From positions 64,001-128,000 of IMG/VR virus record IMGVR_UViG_3300030419_007010: DNA of 64,000 nt. One strand, 5' to 3'. The DNA comes from a virus. Position numbers and translations under genes: made by a program. Under the pieces are notes generated by a model, which was not told where the DNA came from, did no database searches, and saw only the letters and a program-made list of their open reading frames with translations. Positions 1 to 12,900 of the stretch are shown here, one piece after another (the first letter of the stretch is position 1; each line of letters opens with the position of its first letter).

Positions 1-2927
1 AAGGGATCTTTATTCGACATTTTGAGTTTAAAATTACCATTTTCATCGTAATCCTCGCCGGTCGGGATTAATTTAATATCGCTTTCATCTCCACCGGCAG
101 CTTCGATTTCTACTTCTTTATACCAATTTTTGTTCTTTGTCGCTTCAATCATCTGATTGTGCGGTATTCGTAAAATAGGAGAATCAAATTGTTCGCTTAC
201 AGTACAATTTAATGAAGACATAATTTCTTTGGTTTTTAATATATTTCTAATTTCAGAGTGGCCTCCATGGCCTAGACTGTAGTTGAATCCGCCATCAGCA
301 GTTAAAGATATATCTGCAGAGCCTATAGAAGACTTTGCAAGATTAGTTCTGATGATTTGTAATAAAGCTGCTTTATATTTTTGTAAAGCCGCCTTGTGGG
401 CCAGATTGTACGTCTTTGCGGCGCCACCAATAGGTTGAATATTTTTTAGATCGCCTTCACTAAGCAATCCACAAACATAGGAGGGGGTTAAATAAGAATA
501 AGCAGACGCCTCGGGATCTACTCCGGTTGTTATATATGTAGTTGTTCCTTCCGAAGACATAAGTAAATCATACGTATATGATTGAAATGTACCATCAGTT
601 GGATCATATTCCAAGCTCTCCGGCTTAAAAAATTTGTAGTTTTCTTGTTTCGATCTTAAATCATAGTCCGCAAGGGAAAGAGTTTTAATACCAGCAACAG
701 CGGGATTTGTGTTAGCCTCTTCATCTGCTAGTCTCAAACATTCATAGCCCATATGTTTGGCTATACTAGTTTTATATAAGTTATTAAAATCATGATGAAA
801 ATTGATTACTTCTTGGGTAGTCGTTATTGAAGGTCCTATATTTTGGGATGCTCCGGTGGAACCTTGCTTGTTAGATGATATATTATCTCCCATAAACCCA
901 GACATCGTGTCGACAAAAGTCGAAATCATACTCAAACAAGACTCAATACCTCTTGGTGAGCCATTTTGCGGGCTACATAAATTAGTTAATTGATTATAGA
1001 GCGCTTGTTTATCAAATTCTTTGGGTTGCAGCGATTTAGGAATAACCTTGTTCTGCTCAGTTTCTGGAAAATCTACGTCTAAATCTCTTGTGGCCCCAGA
1101 ATAAAAGATTTGCATCATGTTGGTAAACTCCAACAAAGCATTTTTCGCAAGTTCCCAGTGGCTTCCCTGTGCCGTAGGGTTAGGTTTTTGTTCCGACTTG
1201 TTTATAAACGTTTGTGTAAATTTTTGATATAAAATATTGTAATTTACAGTCGTCTTACCTGACGCGACAGATGAACCGACAGCCATATTATAATATTTCT
1301 CTAGATCGTTTATTTTTCCTCTAAAAGCTGCAATTCTGCTTTTAACATATTCTTTAGCGGCATTCCTAATATTTAAATCAATAGAATATTGATATTCTCC
1401 CCCAAAGATAGATGCGGCGGATGAGTCTGTTATATAAAAATGTCTTACTCCATTAAGGTTCTGACTAGATAAATACGAAATACCATCTAGTTCTTTAATA
1501 TCACCAATTTTAATAGTTTGTGTTGATGTTGTTGTAGGGCCGTCGGGGCCGGTGGGGTGACTTACTATTGTCGTCTCCTGGAAATTTGACTTTTCTTCTA
1601 AGGTGCTTCCAAGAGCGATACCATCTTTAGATGAAACTACTAATATTGGCAAGCTATCATCCTCGGTAGGATATTTATTAAAAGACTGATATTCTGATTG
1701 TACAGCACCGACCGCAGAACTTTGGTTATCAATTATCTTGTTTTTTATTCTTCTACGAGTTACTCTTATTGAAAGGATCCTGCCAGCGCTTAGAATATGC
1801 TCTTGTACGGCATGATCTGAATCTGCGTCTAAAAACATCGCAAACGGCGTATTATCTCGGAGTAACTTCCGAAAATTTATAGAAAACATTAGTTTATTGG
1901 CGCCGGATTTATCTGTCGTCATCGTTAGAGGAGAAATATAAGAAGATAAATTATGATGTAACTTTACGTTATCTTTTGGATAATTATATTTTAAGAAAGA
2001 ATAAACATCATTTTCTAAAGATTTGAAATCCAAAGAAGTTGGCTCAACGCGGTCAATCTTACGCATATCACTTACTATATTATTCGATATAACCTTTTTA
2101 TTAAGAGGGTATCCAGAGGGCGCTGTGGTGAAAACTCCATTTACAGATTGATAGGGTCCGTTCCAGATTTCATCTTGTTTGTCTGCTCTAAAAAATACTG
2201 TTTTAGTATTATTAGCTTTACCATCAACAACTACGCTATTGGTATCTAGAGGACCGTAAATTAAGAAATTATCCGGTAGCGAATTAATACCTAATAAATC
2301 TTTTGACGCCTCTTCATTAATATGCACAAAGGCAATTAAATGCAAATCTCCTTCAAAAAACATTTCAGCCTCATATGGAATATTCAAAACTTCCATATTT
2401 GTTTTTGGGTCATGTGTCTTATATTTTTTATATTTTTCGAATTCGCCCTCGCCGGCTCCCTGTTCATTAATAGAATCATTTAAGCTAATTGTTCTGCTTT
2501 CAATGCCGCTAGGGAGTGATTCATCATATGTGTCCGTCCATGCGTCATGAATACCCCATTTTATATATTTCTTAATAAACTCATCGCTGGAAACTTTATC
2601 CAGATGAGACAGATTACTAGCAGCGATCAGCGATAGGCTAAAATAATTTTTCGGATCCATTGTGACGTCATCGACCGTGGTGGCCATCGAAAAAGGCAGC
2701 TTACTATTATTAGAAAATGTGTTTTGCAAAACTATGTTAATAGAAGCTAAATCTTTTGTTCCGTCTGACGGCGCTGGCGCGTTATTTTCTTCTTGTACAT
2801 GTGGGTTATTACTACTAATTTTATTCAGATGGTTGCCATTATCATCGCGAGTCTCTAATACAACATTTGTCAAAATAGGAACAGGAATAATACTCTGCAA
2901 TATTGCTTCGTCATTTATTTTTGCCAT
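1..2927 (-). CDS. Large hypothetical (probably virion) protein, partial; 3' end runs off the window (>975 aa)
   Basis: Not in the ORF track because it has no stop in the window. ATG at 2927 overlaps the TAA of the upstream gene (TAATG). It reads MAKINDEAILQSIIPVPILTNVVLETRDDNG..., and the same frame is still open at the window edge (...GEDYDENGNFKLKMSNKDP). Interior not checked codon by codon. Confidence 0.8.
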   Translation of the reverse strand, partial: MAKINDEAILQSIIPVPILTNVVLETRDDNGNHLNKISSNNPHVQEENNAPAPSDGTKDLASINIVLQNTFSNNSKLPFSMATTVDDVTMDPKNYFSLSLIAASNLSHLDKVSSDEFIKKYIKWGIHDAWTDTYDESLPSGIESRTISLNDSINEQGAGEGEFEKYKKYKTHDPKTNMEVLNIPYEAEMFFEGDLHLIAFVHINEEASKDLLGINSLPDNFLIYGPLDTNSVVVDGKANNTKTVFFRADKQDEIWNGPYQSVNGVFTTAPSGYPLNKKVISNNIVSDMRKIDRVEPTSLDFKSLENDVYSFLKYNYPKDNVKLHHNLSSYISPLTMTTDKSGANKLMFSINFRKLLRDNTPFAMFLDADSDHAVQEHILSAGRILSIRVTRRRIKNKIIDNQSSAVGAVQSEYQSFNKYPTEDDSLPILVVSSKDGIALGSTLEEKSNFQETTIVSHPTGPDGPTTTSTQTIKIGDIKELDGISYLSSQNLNGVRHFYITDSSAASIFGGEYQYSIDLNIRNAAKEYVKSRIAAFRGKINDLEKYYNMAVGSSVASGKTTVNYNILYQKFTQTFINKSEQKPNPTAQGSHWELAKNALLEFTNMMQIFYSGATRDLDVDFPETEQNKVIPKSLQPKEFDKQALYNQLTNLCSPQNGSPRGIESCLSMISTFVDTMSGFMGDNISSNKQGSTGASQNIGPSITTTQEVINFHHDFNNLYKTSIAKHMGYECLRLADEEANTNPAVAGIKTLSLADYDLRSKQENYKFFKPESLEYDPTDGTFQSYTYDLLMSSEGTTTYITTGVDPEASAYSYLTPSYVCGLLSEGDLKNIQPIGGAAKTYNLAHKAALQKYKAALLQIIRTNLAKSSIGSADISLTADGGFNYSLGHGGHSEIRNILKTKEIMSSLNCTVSEQFDSPILRIPHNQMIEATKNKNWYKEVEIEAAGGDESDIKLIPTGEDYDENGNFKLKMSNKDP

Positions 2928-3979
2928 TAACAGATTTCTCCTGAATCGTCTTCAGAGTAAACATCAAACTTCTCAAGACCGCCGGCGTCGATGTCTTCGC
3001 ACTGGGTAAGTTTATCAGAGAACACTCCTTGACTCTTCTCACGAATATATTGGCATAGCACCGTAGGATCGATCTCCTCGTCTGTCTCTATATCAAAATA
3101 ATATTCCACATTATCTAAATCTGCTGTAGGGAATGCCAAGCTTATTTCGTCTTCATCGAGAACGCTTCCTTGAATTATGGGAGCTGTACCGGCAGCATAA
3201 GGAGGCATATCTTGCAAATTAACTTGGCCGGCCTGCAGGCCTTTTATATTTTTATGTGTTAAAAACTTAAGAGGTATTAATTCTTCATTGCCGGTAACGT
3301 TGCCGTCTACATCTTTTTCTTCTTCAATCACAAATAATTCTATATCAAAATTCTTAACAAAAAAATCAGTGTTTTTCTCTTCTATTTGTAATAATAAAAA
3401 GTCTTCTTCCACTTGTATCGCGGAAAACGGTGTCATTGAATTTGGATCGTTAAGATAATCTTGATCTAAAAATGTCTCATATGTTGCTTGTGATTCAATT
3501 TGGGGAATATTTATAATTTTTCCACTAGTATATTGACTTCCTGTTGTTTCAAAAACATTTTTATAATTCTTCATTGTCCCTTTCATAAAATCTACTGACC
3601 ATGCGGGAGCTTTATCATTATTATATTCGCTTGTTCCTAGAAACGAAATTAAAGCATTTCTATCGTTCGATGGCACTAGCCTAGTATTTTTTAATATAGC
3701 TTTGTCTTTTGCTGAAGGGCTAGAAATTAAATTATTAATTTTGCTAACTTGGCTTTCTATTCCAGAAAAAACATACTGTGTTTTTGTTCGAACAGCTTCT
3801 TTAATTCTATTTTCAGAATCATTTTGGACCTCTGAAATATTTGCATAGCTAGAATCATATATAATATCATCGTCAAAAAAGGCATAATATTCTGGTTGGA
3901 ATAATCCTTTAGAGAAAAGGTGCTTGCCATATTGAGTTAGCTCTATATCAATCACATCCTCTTTTTTATTAAAAAACAT
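2927..3979 (-). CDS. Putative virion/baseplate-associated protein (350 aa)
   Basis: Acidic ORF translationally coupled within the structural operon. The N-terminal IELTQYGKHLFSKG...YYAFFDDDIIYD loosely resembles baseplate/tail-collar attachment N-termini. Function inferred from context. Confidence 0.5.
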   Translation of the reverse strand: MFFNKKEDVIDIELTQYGKHLFSKGLFQPEYYAFFDDDIIYDSSYANISEVQNDSENRIKEAVRTKTQYVFSGIESQVSKINNLISSPSAKDKAILKNTRLVPSNDRNALISFLGTSEYNNDKAPAWSVDFMKGTMKNYKNVFETTGSQYTSGKIINIPQIESQATYETFLDQDYLNDPNSMTPFSAIQVEEDFLLLQIEEKNTDFFVKNFDIELFVIEEEKDVDGNVTGNEELIPLKFLTHKNIKGLQAGQVNLQDMPPYAAGTAPIIQGSVLDEDEISLAFPTADLDNVEYYFDIETDEEIDPTVLCQYIREKSQGVFSDKLTQCEDIDAGGLEKFDVYSEDDSGEIC

Positions 3980-3981
3980 AC

Positions 3982-6900
3982 TTAATCTTCGCTCCTAGGA
4001 CCAAACATTATTTCTGCTGTTAGCTTGTTTAATTCTGACAGGGAATAAAAATCATGTGGCCAATTATACGAAATCTTTTCTTTGATTGAAACTGTATCAT
4101 TATCTTTAAAGGCATCCATATCCATCAACGATTCGTATCTGTTGTTCGCTCTCTTCTTTACTTTAAATACCAACCACTTAAGTTCTTGGTTAAATATTTT
4201 TTCTAAAGATGATTTATTCCCAGCAGGAGAATCGTCCGGGATATCTGGGCCATCATAATATTCTATTTTATTTCCCCCTGGCATATAACTTTTAATTTGA
4301 TCTAACATGCCAAAAAACTCCCAGCGATCAGTGCTTTTGTTAATGCCATGAGACTTAACGCTGAACTCTTGCTCGGCGGCGGTGGCTTGTTTTGGCATAA
4401 TATTTTGCCATATATCTCCAAGATCTTTTTTATCCAATTTGGAAGTTATTTCAAAAGTATACATAACAAAGGGTAATATACCTTGAGAAGTATTAACAGA
4501 GCCAAACGCATCAGATACTTTGGTTTCTGAATATTCACTAAGATTCGACTCGGAGAGACCTTGAGAATAAAAATCGATCATTGGAGGGAATATATACTTT
4601 CTCATATTTTTTATCAAGTCTGATATCGACGTCCGAGATCTCTTTACCGATCCTTCAATAGCCACATAATCTACCTCTGGATTGCGCAAATTCAAAAATT
4701 GATGATAATATGAATTTTGATTAATTGGAATTGCGTTAATTATATGCCCGTTCGAGACCTTTCTAAAAGGCTGGACCGTTAAGTTTTCGATCGGTTCCTC
4801 AACGTATGGTATTGCGACGATGCATTCTGCTACTTCAGCCGAATCTGCTAACTCTCCAACTCTTTTTTCAATTTCTGTGTCGCCCGTGGAATCAGCAATT
4901 GAATTCATATTAGTCATAGAATCAAATTTCAATAACTGAATCAAGCTGCCTGATTTATTAATATCATAATTTGGATCGTTCTGGTCAATGGCTTCTCTGA
5001 GATAGTACTTAATTCCTTTTTTAATCGGCTTGCCCCCTTCATATATCCATTGCGATGGATCTTCAGAATGCACGTTCGCATACGAATTCCAAATAGATCT
5101 TCCTGTTCGTTTACTAAAATATGGGCCGCTCTCTACGTCATGATTATAGCCACTGTCATAGCTGCTAGCGGAAACACATATAACGGGACATTCCCATTTT
5201 GGACGAATAGCCCAAGCAATTTTATCAAATCCGTCCGAGTCAGAATATCCTTTTACACCAAATTTTCCGTCGGGGCCGGCGAGGGCGCCGTATTGAACTT
5301 GTTTAACGGGGATCTTATCAAAAAGGTTCAAAGAAGCGGTGATGGCCATTGTATTTTTTGCAGCAATAGAATAAGGATGTAGAAGATCTTTCGCCCTAAT
5401 ATGAACGCCGGTGCGATTTCCATCTTGGTCTTTTACTATATCACTCTGGCGCTGTGGAGACAATAAATCAAAACTGGCATTAGAATTTGGAACAATGATA
5501 CTATCATATTCATTATAATAGCTCACACCTACTTTATCAGTCACGGAGCTGCCTTGAATTTGTGACATTATTTCATCAATACTAACAGCGTTCGCGCCTC
5601 CTTCTTCAGAATCTGGGGCTGTCCACCTTATTTGCGCTACCGATTTGCCATAATAATATGGAGGAGTATACATAGCATATGCTGGATCCATCTCGGAGTT
5701 ATTAAAGAACCTGTCCGCGGAACCAGACGTGGAACCGCTTGGTCTAGAAGCTATAGATTGCACGACGTGATCAAAATCAGATGATCCTGTTAACTGCCTC
5801 CAGCCGCGGGAAGCGTGGGGCCAATGCACAGTATCGACATCAGGCCTGTTCGGATAAACATCTTTACCGGCGTTGGCAGACGCGCTTCTTGCTGCTGGCG
5901 GGCCGAAGATATACCCTTTGCGAGGGCCGGCCTGTGGGTCGGCGAAGTTCCATTGATGATTAAGATAACCATGCTCTGCTGTATTGGGAGAAAACGCTCC
6001 CGTAAATCGACTTAATATTAGCTGATCTCGCGGGCCCTCAGCCATAACAAGATCATAAGTTACTGGATGTTCTATTTTCTCTAAAACAACCTCCATATAA
6101 TAAGTCTTTCCCACCTCTGGTGTATTCATCTGGCTACTGTCTGCAGAGAAAATTCCATTTCGGCCGCGGGATTTTAAAAAGAAATTAGGTACTTCTGCAA
6201 TAAAATTATTCATTGCTATTTCAAACTGTTTATTTCTTTTTTTGTCATCCCACACAAAAGAGTGAACCGAGCCATAATTCCAATCAAAAGACTGACCGTA
6301 GTCATCACTCGAACCGGCGGAGGGGCCCGAAGCAGAACCAAATGTTGGCTCAATCAGCGGTGATGATCTGGCAATCATCTTCGGTAGCCCGTTGAGGTCA
6401 AATCCGATGGCGTTCGGTACTAGCCTATCCAGATTAACAAGAGACTCAAAGGGTACCCTATAATCAGGATCTGTACTCAAACTTGATCCAGAAGCCCAAT
6501 TGTTTGTCATATTAAACCCAGTGGCGCCGCCCCAATTAGAATTTTCTCCTTCATTTGTTGCGGGAGCGTTTAAAATATAATTTGGCCAATCAACAGCTAT
6601 TCCAGATTTAATCGAATTAAATAAAATGCCAGGAGCAAATAAAGGTTGGAACGCTGCCTGCATCTTGCCGGCTTCATACAAAGCTTCGCCATGTGGTCCG
6701 ATAGTGCCTGTAGTGCGAATAAAGGGATTAATAGATTCTTGATATAATTGCGCTAATTGTTGAGTTCTTGTAGCAGGATAAAATCCGTTATAAGGTAATA
6801 ATTTTTTAATAGCATCTAATCTAAGTATTATATGTGTTGGAACAATATCTTGTTGTTGTGTTCCCTGTCCGGGGTCTAGAGAAGTCAAATCCTCGTGTAT

Positions 6901-9900
6901 TTTCTTTAAGCTAACCATGGAATCTGTGGTGCAATGATCATTTATAAATTGCATATCCCAATCAGGTTTCAAAGCGTTGGATCCCGGGCTATAGCTAGAA
7001 GTTGCTTTATATGCTCCGTCCAAAACAAAAGTTTTAGAACCAACTGTTAAAGCCTTGCTTTCATCGATCTGGCTAGCGGCTGCCGCTGGATTAAAGTCTA
7101 TCATATCAAAACTTTCCAAATAATAGTCAATCTTGTCTGACATCTTATACTCGGGTAACACCGCATAATCTTTTCCGAATCTTCTTATGTCTTCACTATA
7201 ATCTTCGTATGAGTCGTACCAAGGGTTTCTTCCGGCAATTTTATTTGCTCTATAATACGGAGCAGTCTTGATCCAGCCTTTTTGGCCAGAAGGAGCATTT
7301 TTGTAGAAATAACTTAGATTTGTAGTACCATATCCGGAATCAGTATAGCCCCACTCACTAGAAGCAGATGTGGATCCTAAAGGAAATTTATAAAAATACT
7401 TATCAGAATCTTGATCGGCGTCAACAGCAAACCAATTTGAATAAGGATCTCTATTAAAATACGCAGAAGCTGTTGGAATTCCCATTTTAAGCAAAGGAGT
7501 TGTATCTAAAGCTAGCTGGCCGGGAGAGCCTCTCAAACCTTGCAACGTATTTGAATCAATAGATTGGCCTTGCTCCAAATAGCCTGCAGGAGCATAGGGT
7601 CCTGTGGGATGGCTTCCAGAATAGAAGAGCCAACATTGTCCGCCCCCATATGCAGCCATCGTCGGACCAGAGGCACTAAGTGTGGCACCATATGTATTAT
7701 CATCCAAGGGCCACATAGATAACTGAACAGGGGTATGGGAAGTTCCAGAAAAAATTGGAACTCGATCGCCGGGGAAAGTATCAAACAAATAGGGAATCGA
7801 TCCAGTTGTTTGCCCCCCAAGCAAGCCACTATCAATTTTTTGACCAGAAATATTTCTGGCGGTACCGTCTGTACGCACTCTATCTGAATGTGAGTTTCTC
7901 CAAAAAGTTCTGTAGTTTACACTATCATAACCAGCTACAGCATCAGGGCCGTCCTGGGCCGCTCCTGGGAGTTCCGTGTAATTCGGCCTTCTGGATTTGC
8001 TGGCTATATATGTATTAATATCTTTCGGAAATATTGTCATGGAATACGCAAGAGATCTGAAATCTCCGATGGTTGTTTCCGAGCCATATTGGTCAGAGCC
8101 ATCTCTTATAATTGGAAGCAATAAATCATATGTTTGCTTTTCAGGAAATGGAATATTGGACGAAAATTTACCAGCGTCAGTTTTATTTATTAAATTCAAA
8201 TATTCATTTTTATAATATGCCCTATTATTATCATATGTGTGCTTTAAAGAAAACCCTTTGCCTTGTCCGAGTGGATCAAAATCTGTTCTAATTGGTTTAT
8301 TTCTAGAGGTTACTGCTGACTCTGTAAAAAATAATAATTTGTTTTTAAAAATAGATATTTGTGAAGCCTGCTCTACGACAGTGGCTTCTGAATTTCCGGG
8401 GGCATATCCTCCGGGCATCCCTTCTAGGGTGCCAAAGTCGTAGGTGCCTTCTGGCGCTCCGAGAGGGGGTTCAGGTTTTTGGCCGGGTATTTTATTTCCC
8501 ATGGGTGTATAGATATCAGTATTTTTTATTTCTTCTTCGACGACATTAACTGAATGCAAATTATTCTTTCTCAAATTCTTTGCAACTGGATGATCACCAG
8601 TTCTAATTTGTTTCCAAGAGGGATGTCCATAAGGGCCGTTGCGATGATGGAGAAGTTGGTTCAAAATACTTCCGAAACCTAAAATTTCTGGTTGGCCCGA
8701 GGTGTGCGACGCAGCGTATCCCATATGAATCAAAGCGCCCTGATAAGCAAAGCTAGTTATTGAATCACTATCATGCGCAGAAGCGGGATGGCCTAGGAAA
8801 TTTTGGTTAGATGTAATAGGATCAGTAATATTTGTATTCAATCCAACAAAGTCTACGGGTATAAATTTATTCATTGAAGCCGTGGCGCCGGTCCAACGAG
8901 CATAATTATTTAAAAAGCTCCCTACTTCGCTTTGAGCTAAGAATGTAATCTCCGAAGATTTTTTATCTGCACTATAAGCACCGGTGGCATAACCAAGGGG
9001 AGCAGATTCGCCTTGAGCATGTGTGTTAAGAGAAGCAGTAATCCATGCGTATTGTCTTTCTGATCTTGGAATTGTATGTTGGATATAGTAGTTGTCGTAT
9101 GAAGCGCTAACAACGCTAGCATATCCATCCTGTCCAGTTCCGGGCTCTAGTTGGCGACGGTAACCAGCATTCCTATGAATCTTGTGATAGCTAGCCGTTC
9201 CTGCAGACATGAAATCGATAGAAGCTGTATTGTCATTCATCTTAAAGCCGAACTTACGATTATGAGTTGTCAAGAATCCTCGTAGCGGCTGTCTAACTGA
9301 CAAGTTTCTCCAAGGCAATGCATTATATGGAGAGTAGGTTTCAGATGTTATATCCATTGCTCCGCGAGATAATACTTCGGGGCCACCTGGAGCAGAGAAC
9401 CTTTCGGCGAATACTGTTCTATTTCTAACATTGGTAGTACTAGACGTTAAATAAGAGCGGTCTGGTAATCTAAAGTCTAAGACGCCTGACACATAAGTAG
9501 ATATTGAAGGTTGCCACGCGGAGCCGGTTTCACCCTGAACTAACCACAGATTATTAACATCGCGGCCTTGAGTTTGAACAACTTGATAATTATCAGTATA
9601 ATTGCCCGCTCTAGTTGGGCTCGAACTGGTCATCTTAATATTACGAATGTTTACCGGTCGTTTAGCAAATTCATCGCGATAGTGCGTTGCTCTCGGCCGG
9701 TTAGCATCTTGATAAGTAACATCATAAACTCTAAATGAATCAATTACGTCACCAACAATATTAACATCGTCAATAGCGACGTCGCCTTCGTGAGTGATAC
9801 CTGAAGTATAAAGGAATCTTAAATATATTGGTGTCTCTGTTCCCTTGAAACTATTCAAATCAACCGTTGCCAATTTCCATGGCGCGACTGCGCTAGCTTG

Positions 9901-12900
9901 CTGTTGGCCGGCGATAGAAATTGCTGACGTGCCATCCCAATTGGTTACAAGATCTGTAGCTGTGCCAAAAGCAGAATCAGTAGAATATTGTATTTTTAAT
10001 TCTCCGCAATCCCAGCCAAACATGTGATAGCGGAATGATGCACTAAAATTATTAACGACATCTAAAGGATCAATAGAAGGAGTAACTAATCCGAAAGTCT
10101 TTCCATTAGTATTTGGTACGGATGTCTCCGCATACATATACCATCCAGAGGAATAGCTGCCTGACGGGCCTGTACCGAAAGTTGGGGTGCTACCCGACAT
10201 AGATATCCAACCAGAAGGATCAATAGCCGTAGAGCCAAGATTTTGCCAATCTGTGGGCAGATAACTTGAGGATGCTCTTAAGGATTCTGGAACAGAACTG
10301 CCGTATTCGAAACCTTCATCAATGAAGTTATTTAGGTATAAGCCTCCGATGGGAACCTTAAGATACCAGCCCTCTGCACGGGTTGACTCTGTATCAAGAG
10401 ATTTTTTGTCATCTTGGTAATTTAATTCTGTATGTCTATATTGTAAGCCACCAACATATTTTTCAGTAAATGGGCCCTGAAGTGGTGTTTCTTTAGTATT
10501 ACCGTAATAGTTGTCTTCGTGAAGATTAGTAATATCTAGCATTGTATTTTTGGCTAGATCTCCAACGTAACCTTGTGTAACTGAAGAAGAATGCAAACTA
10601 AACGGTACATATAGTTCGCCTTTACCAGTGGTATACTCACTATCTGTGGACATGTGAGTTGAAGCTTTAAATTTAATCTTACTTTCTGTTAGTGGATTAG
10701 TTATGTCATTGCAGTCAGTGTTCTCGACAAAATCATTTTTATGAATTCTAATAAAAGAATTGCTGTCATTCCATTTAAGTGTATTTTTGTAATAATCTTT
10801 CTTTTTGTTCTCGTAAGAATTTGGGCCGCCTTTTACATGTACACTCTTATCAACATCAAAACGATATGTCTTTGAAAGTTTTCTTAAGGCGTAAGTTGAT
10901 CCTTCGTATGCTTTCGAAGTAGAAGTATCGTATAATACAGGGCCAGAAGCAGATACTTCTGTTGTTATAGTCTTGAGAAGACTTTCTTTATCTAAATTAA
11001 CCCCGGGGACGCTCGAAGATATTTCAGCTTGCGATCTTTCGGCTCTTTCTTTCCACCAAAAACAATTTTTATTTTCAGGAAGAGGAGAATTTGGAAGAGG
11101 TGCATGTCCATATTTCCAATTATAAGATAGTTCATTAATTCCCATAACTTTAGCTACAGGATCTTTGCCTTTTGACTCTAGCGTTGGAAATTTAGTCCAA
11201 TATTTGTTTCTTTCAAGAATATGACTCTCAACCATATTATGGACTTGTCCCGACGTATTAGCAGAAGCGGGAATTAGATTCATAATCATTTTTGTGATCG
11301 ACGAATCAAACCATTTATAGAATTCTACATATTTGTCCAAGTCCGGAGTATTGTGAATTCTCTCAAAGAACAATTGTCTTAATTTTTCTAGACTTTTATA
11401 TTCTTGCCGATATCTATTAACCGGCTCGCCTATTAAATTACTGAAATCTTTTACAGATGAAAAGAAATTAAGAATCTCTTCAGAAATTGTCTGATACATG
11501 CTTTTTTCAATAGCAATATAATATTGTATTGGTCTTGTTTCTCTAGTGAACGTTGTATCATCTCTTTTTAGAATATTAACCATGTCAGAAGAGTTTAAAA
11601 CTTCCGGCAATTGCTGTCTTGCAGAGGGAGTATAAATTTTATCGACAACGTGATGACTACTGGTGACAAAGTATTGTCCCTTGCCAGAATGCAGATTATT
11701 TAATATTCCACTTAGCCTGCCATACCGGTCTGCATGCAGAGAAGAACCAGAGGAAAAATCATTTACATAAAAAATACCTGTTGAGTCCGAGCCCGTCACA
11801 TTCGAAAAATCCCAGTTAAGTGCTAGCGTTTCCATTTTTGGAATAAACGGATACGAGCCGTCTTTCCCGTCCGCATAAGTTGTTGATATTCCTGATTTAA
11901 ACAAATACGAATTTTTATATGGGTTATCGGAACCAAAGTTAAGAGCATCACGCGCGTGAGCTTGGATAACAGACGAAGTTAAATAATCTAACCAATACCT
12001 GACGGAAGAAATTTTAGCATTACTTTCTTTTAATATGGTACCTGTTGTGTTTGTTCTCAAGGCCCCGGCATAAACTTTCTTTGGAGCTGAAACTAAAATA
12101 TTACCAGTTAAATATGGCAATGATGATGTTAAGGAGAATTCATCAACTATTGTTCCATATTCTGTATTCGTGCCATAAAATTCTAGTATATAATCATCTA
12201 AAGCATTAGGAAGATGAATTGGTCCAGAAGATGAAAGTTTTGTACCCGTTACAATATCTGTAAACGGATGCTTCTTTGGCCTTACGCTTACGGCAAAGTT
12301 CCATTTAGAATTATCAAAAACATCATAATAAGTTGAACTAGAAAGGAAGAAATCATTATTTTCGTTAGTTAAAATAAATCTAGCGTCTAAAGAATCCTTG
12401 TCTGGCTTTACTGCATATACATTAAATTGAGCAACATTGCCGGTATGCCACGTCGTTTGATCAGTTGGTAGTCTTGAATCAACCTGATTCATACCAAAAA
12501 CAGAACATGTTAAATGAGGATATGAAATATAATATTTTTTGGTCTGCGATGGTTTAGGAAAAATAGCTTCTGCCTCTGCCGTAAACGAAAAACCGTCTAA
12601 ATATTTTTCACTGTCTACATCTGTTCCAGAAATAAACGAAACTGTATTGCTATCAATCGGATTGGCAGCCTGATATACTACCGCGCTATAAGCGGCGCGG
12701 TCCGTAGAGTAGTCCTCTGCTGAATATATATAATCATTAAAATCTGCGTACTTTTTAGCCTGCGAGATGGTTCTATAGTTTTCTTCTAGTTTATACGTAA
12801 CTTCATTGCCGTACAGATTAATCTTCAACAATTCGTCATCGATACCAAAGCATCGTATTAAATTTCTTAAAGCTCTCTCTGTTCCTTTTGATTTGTATAT

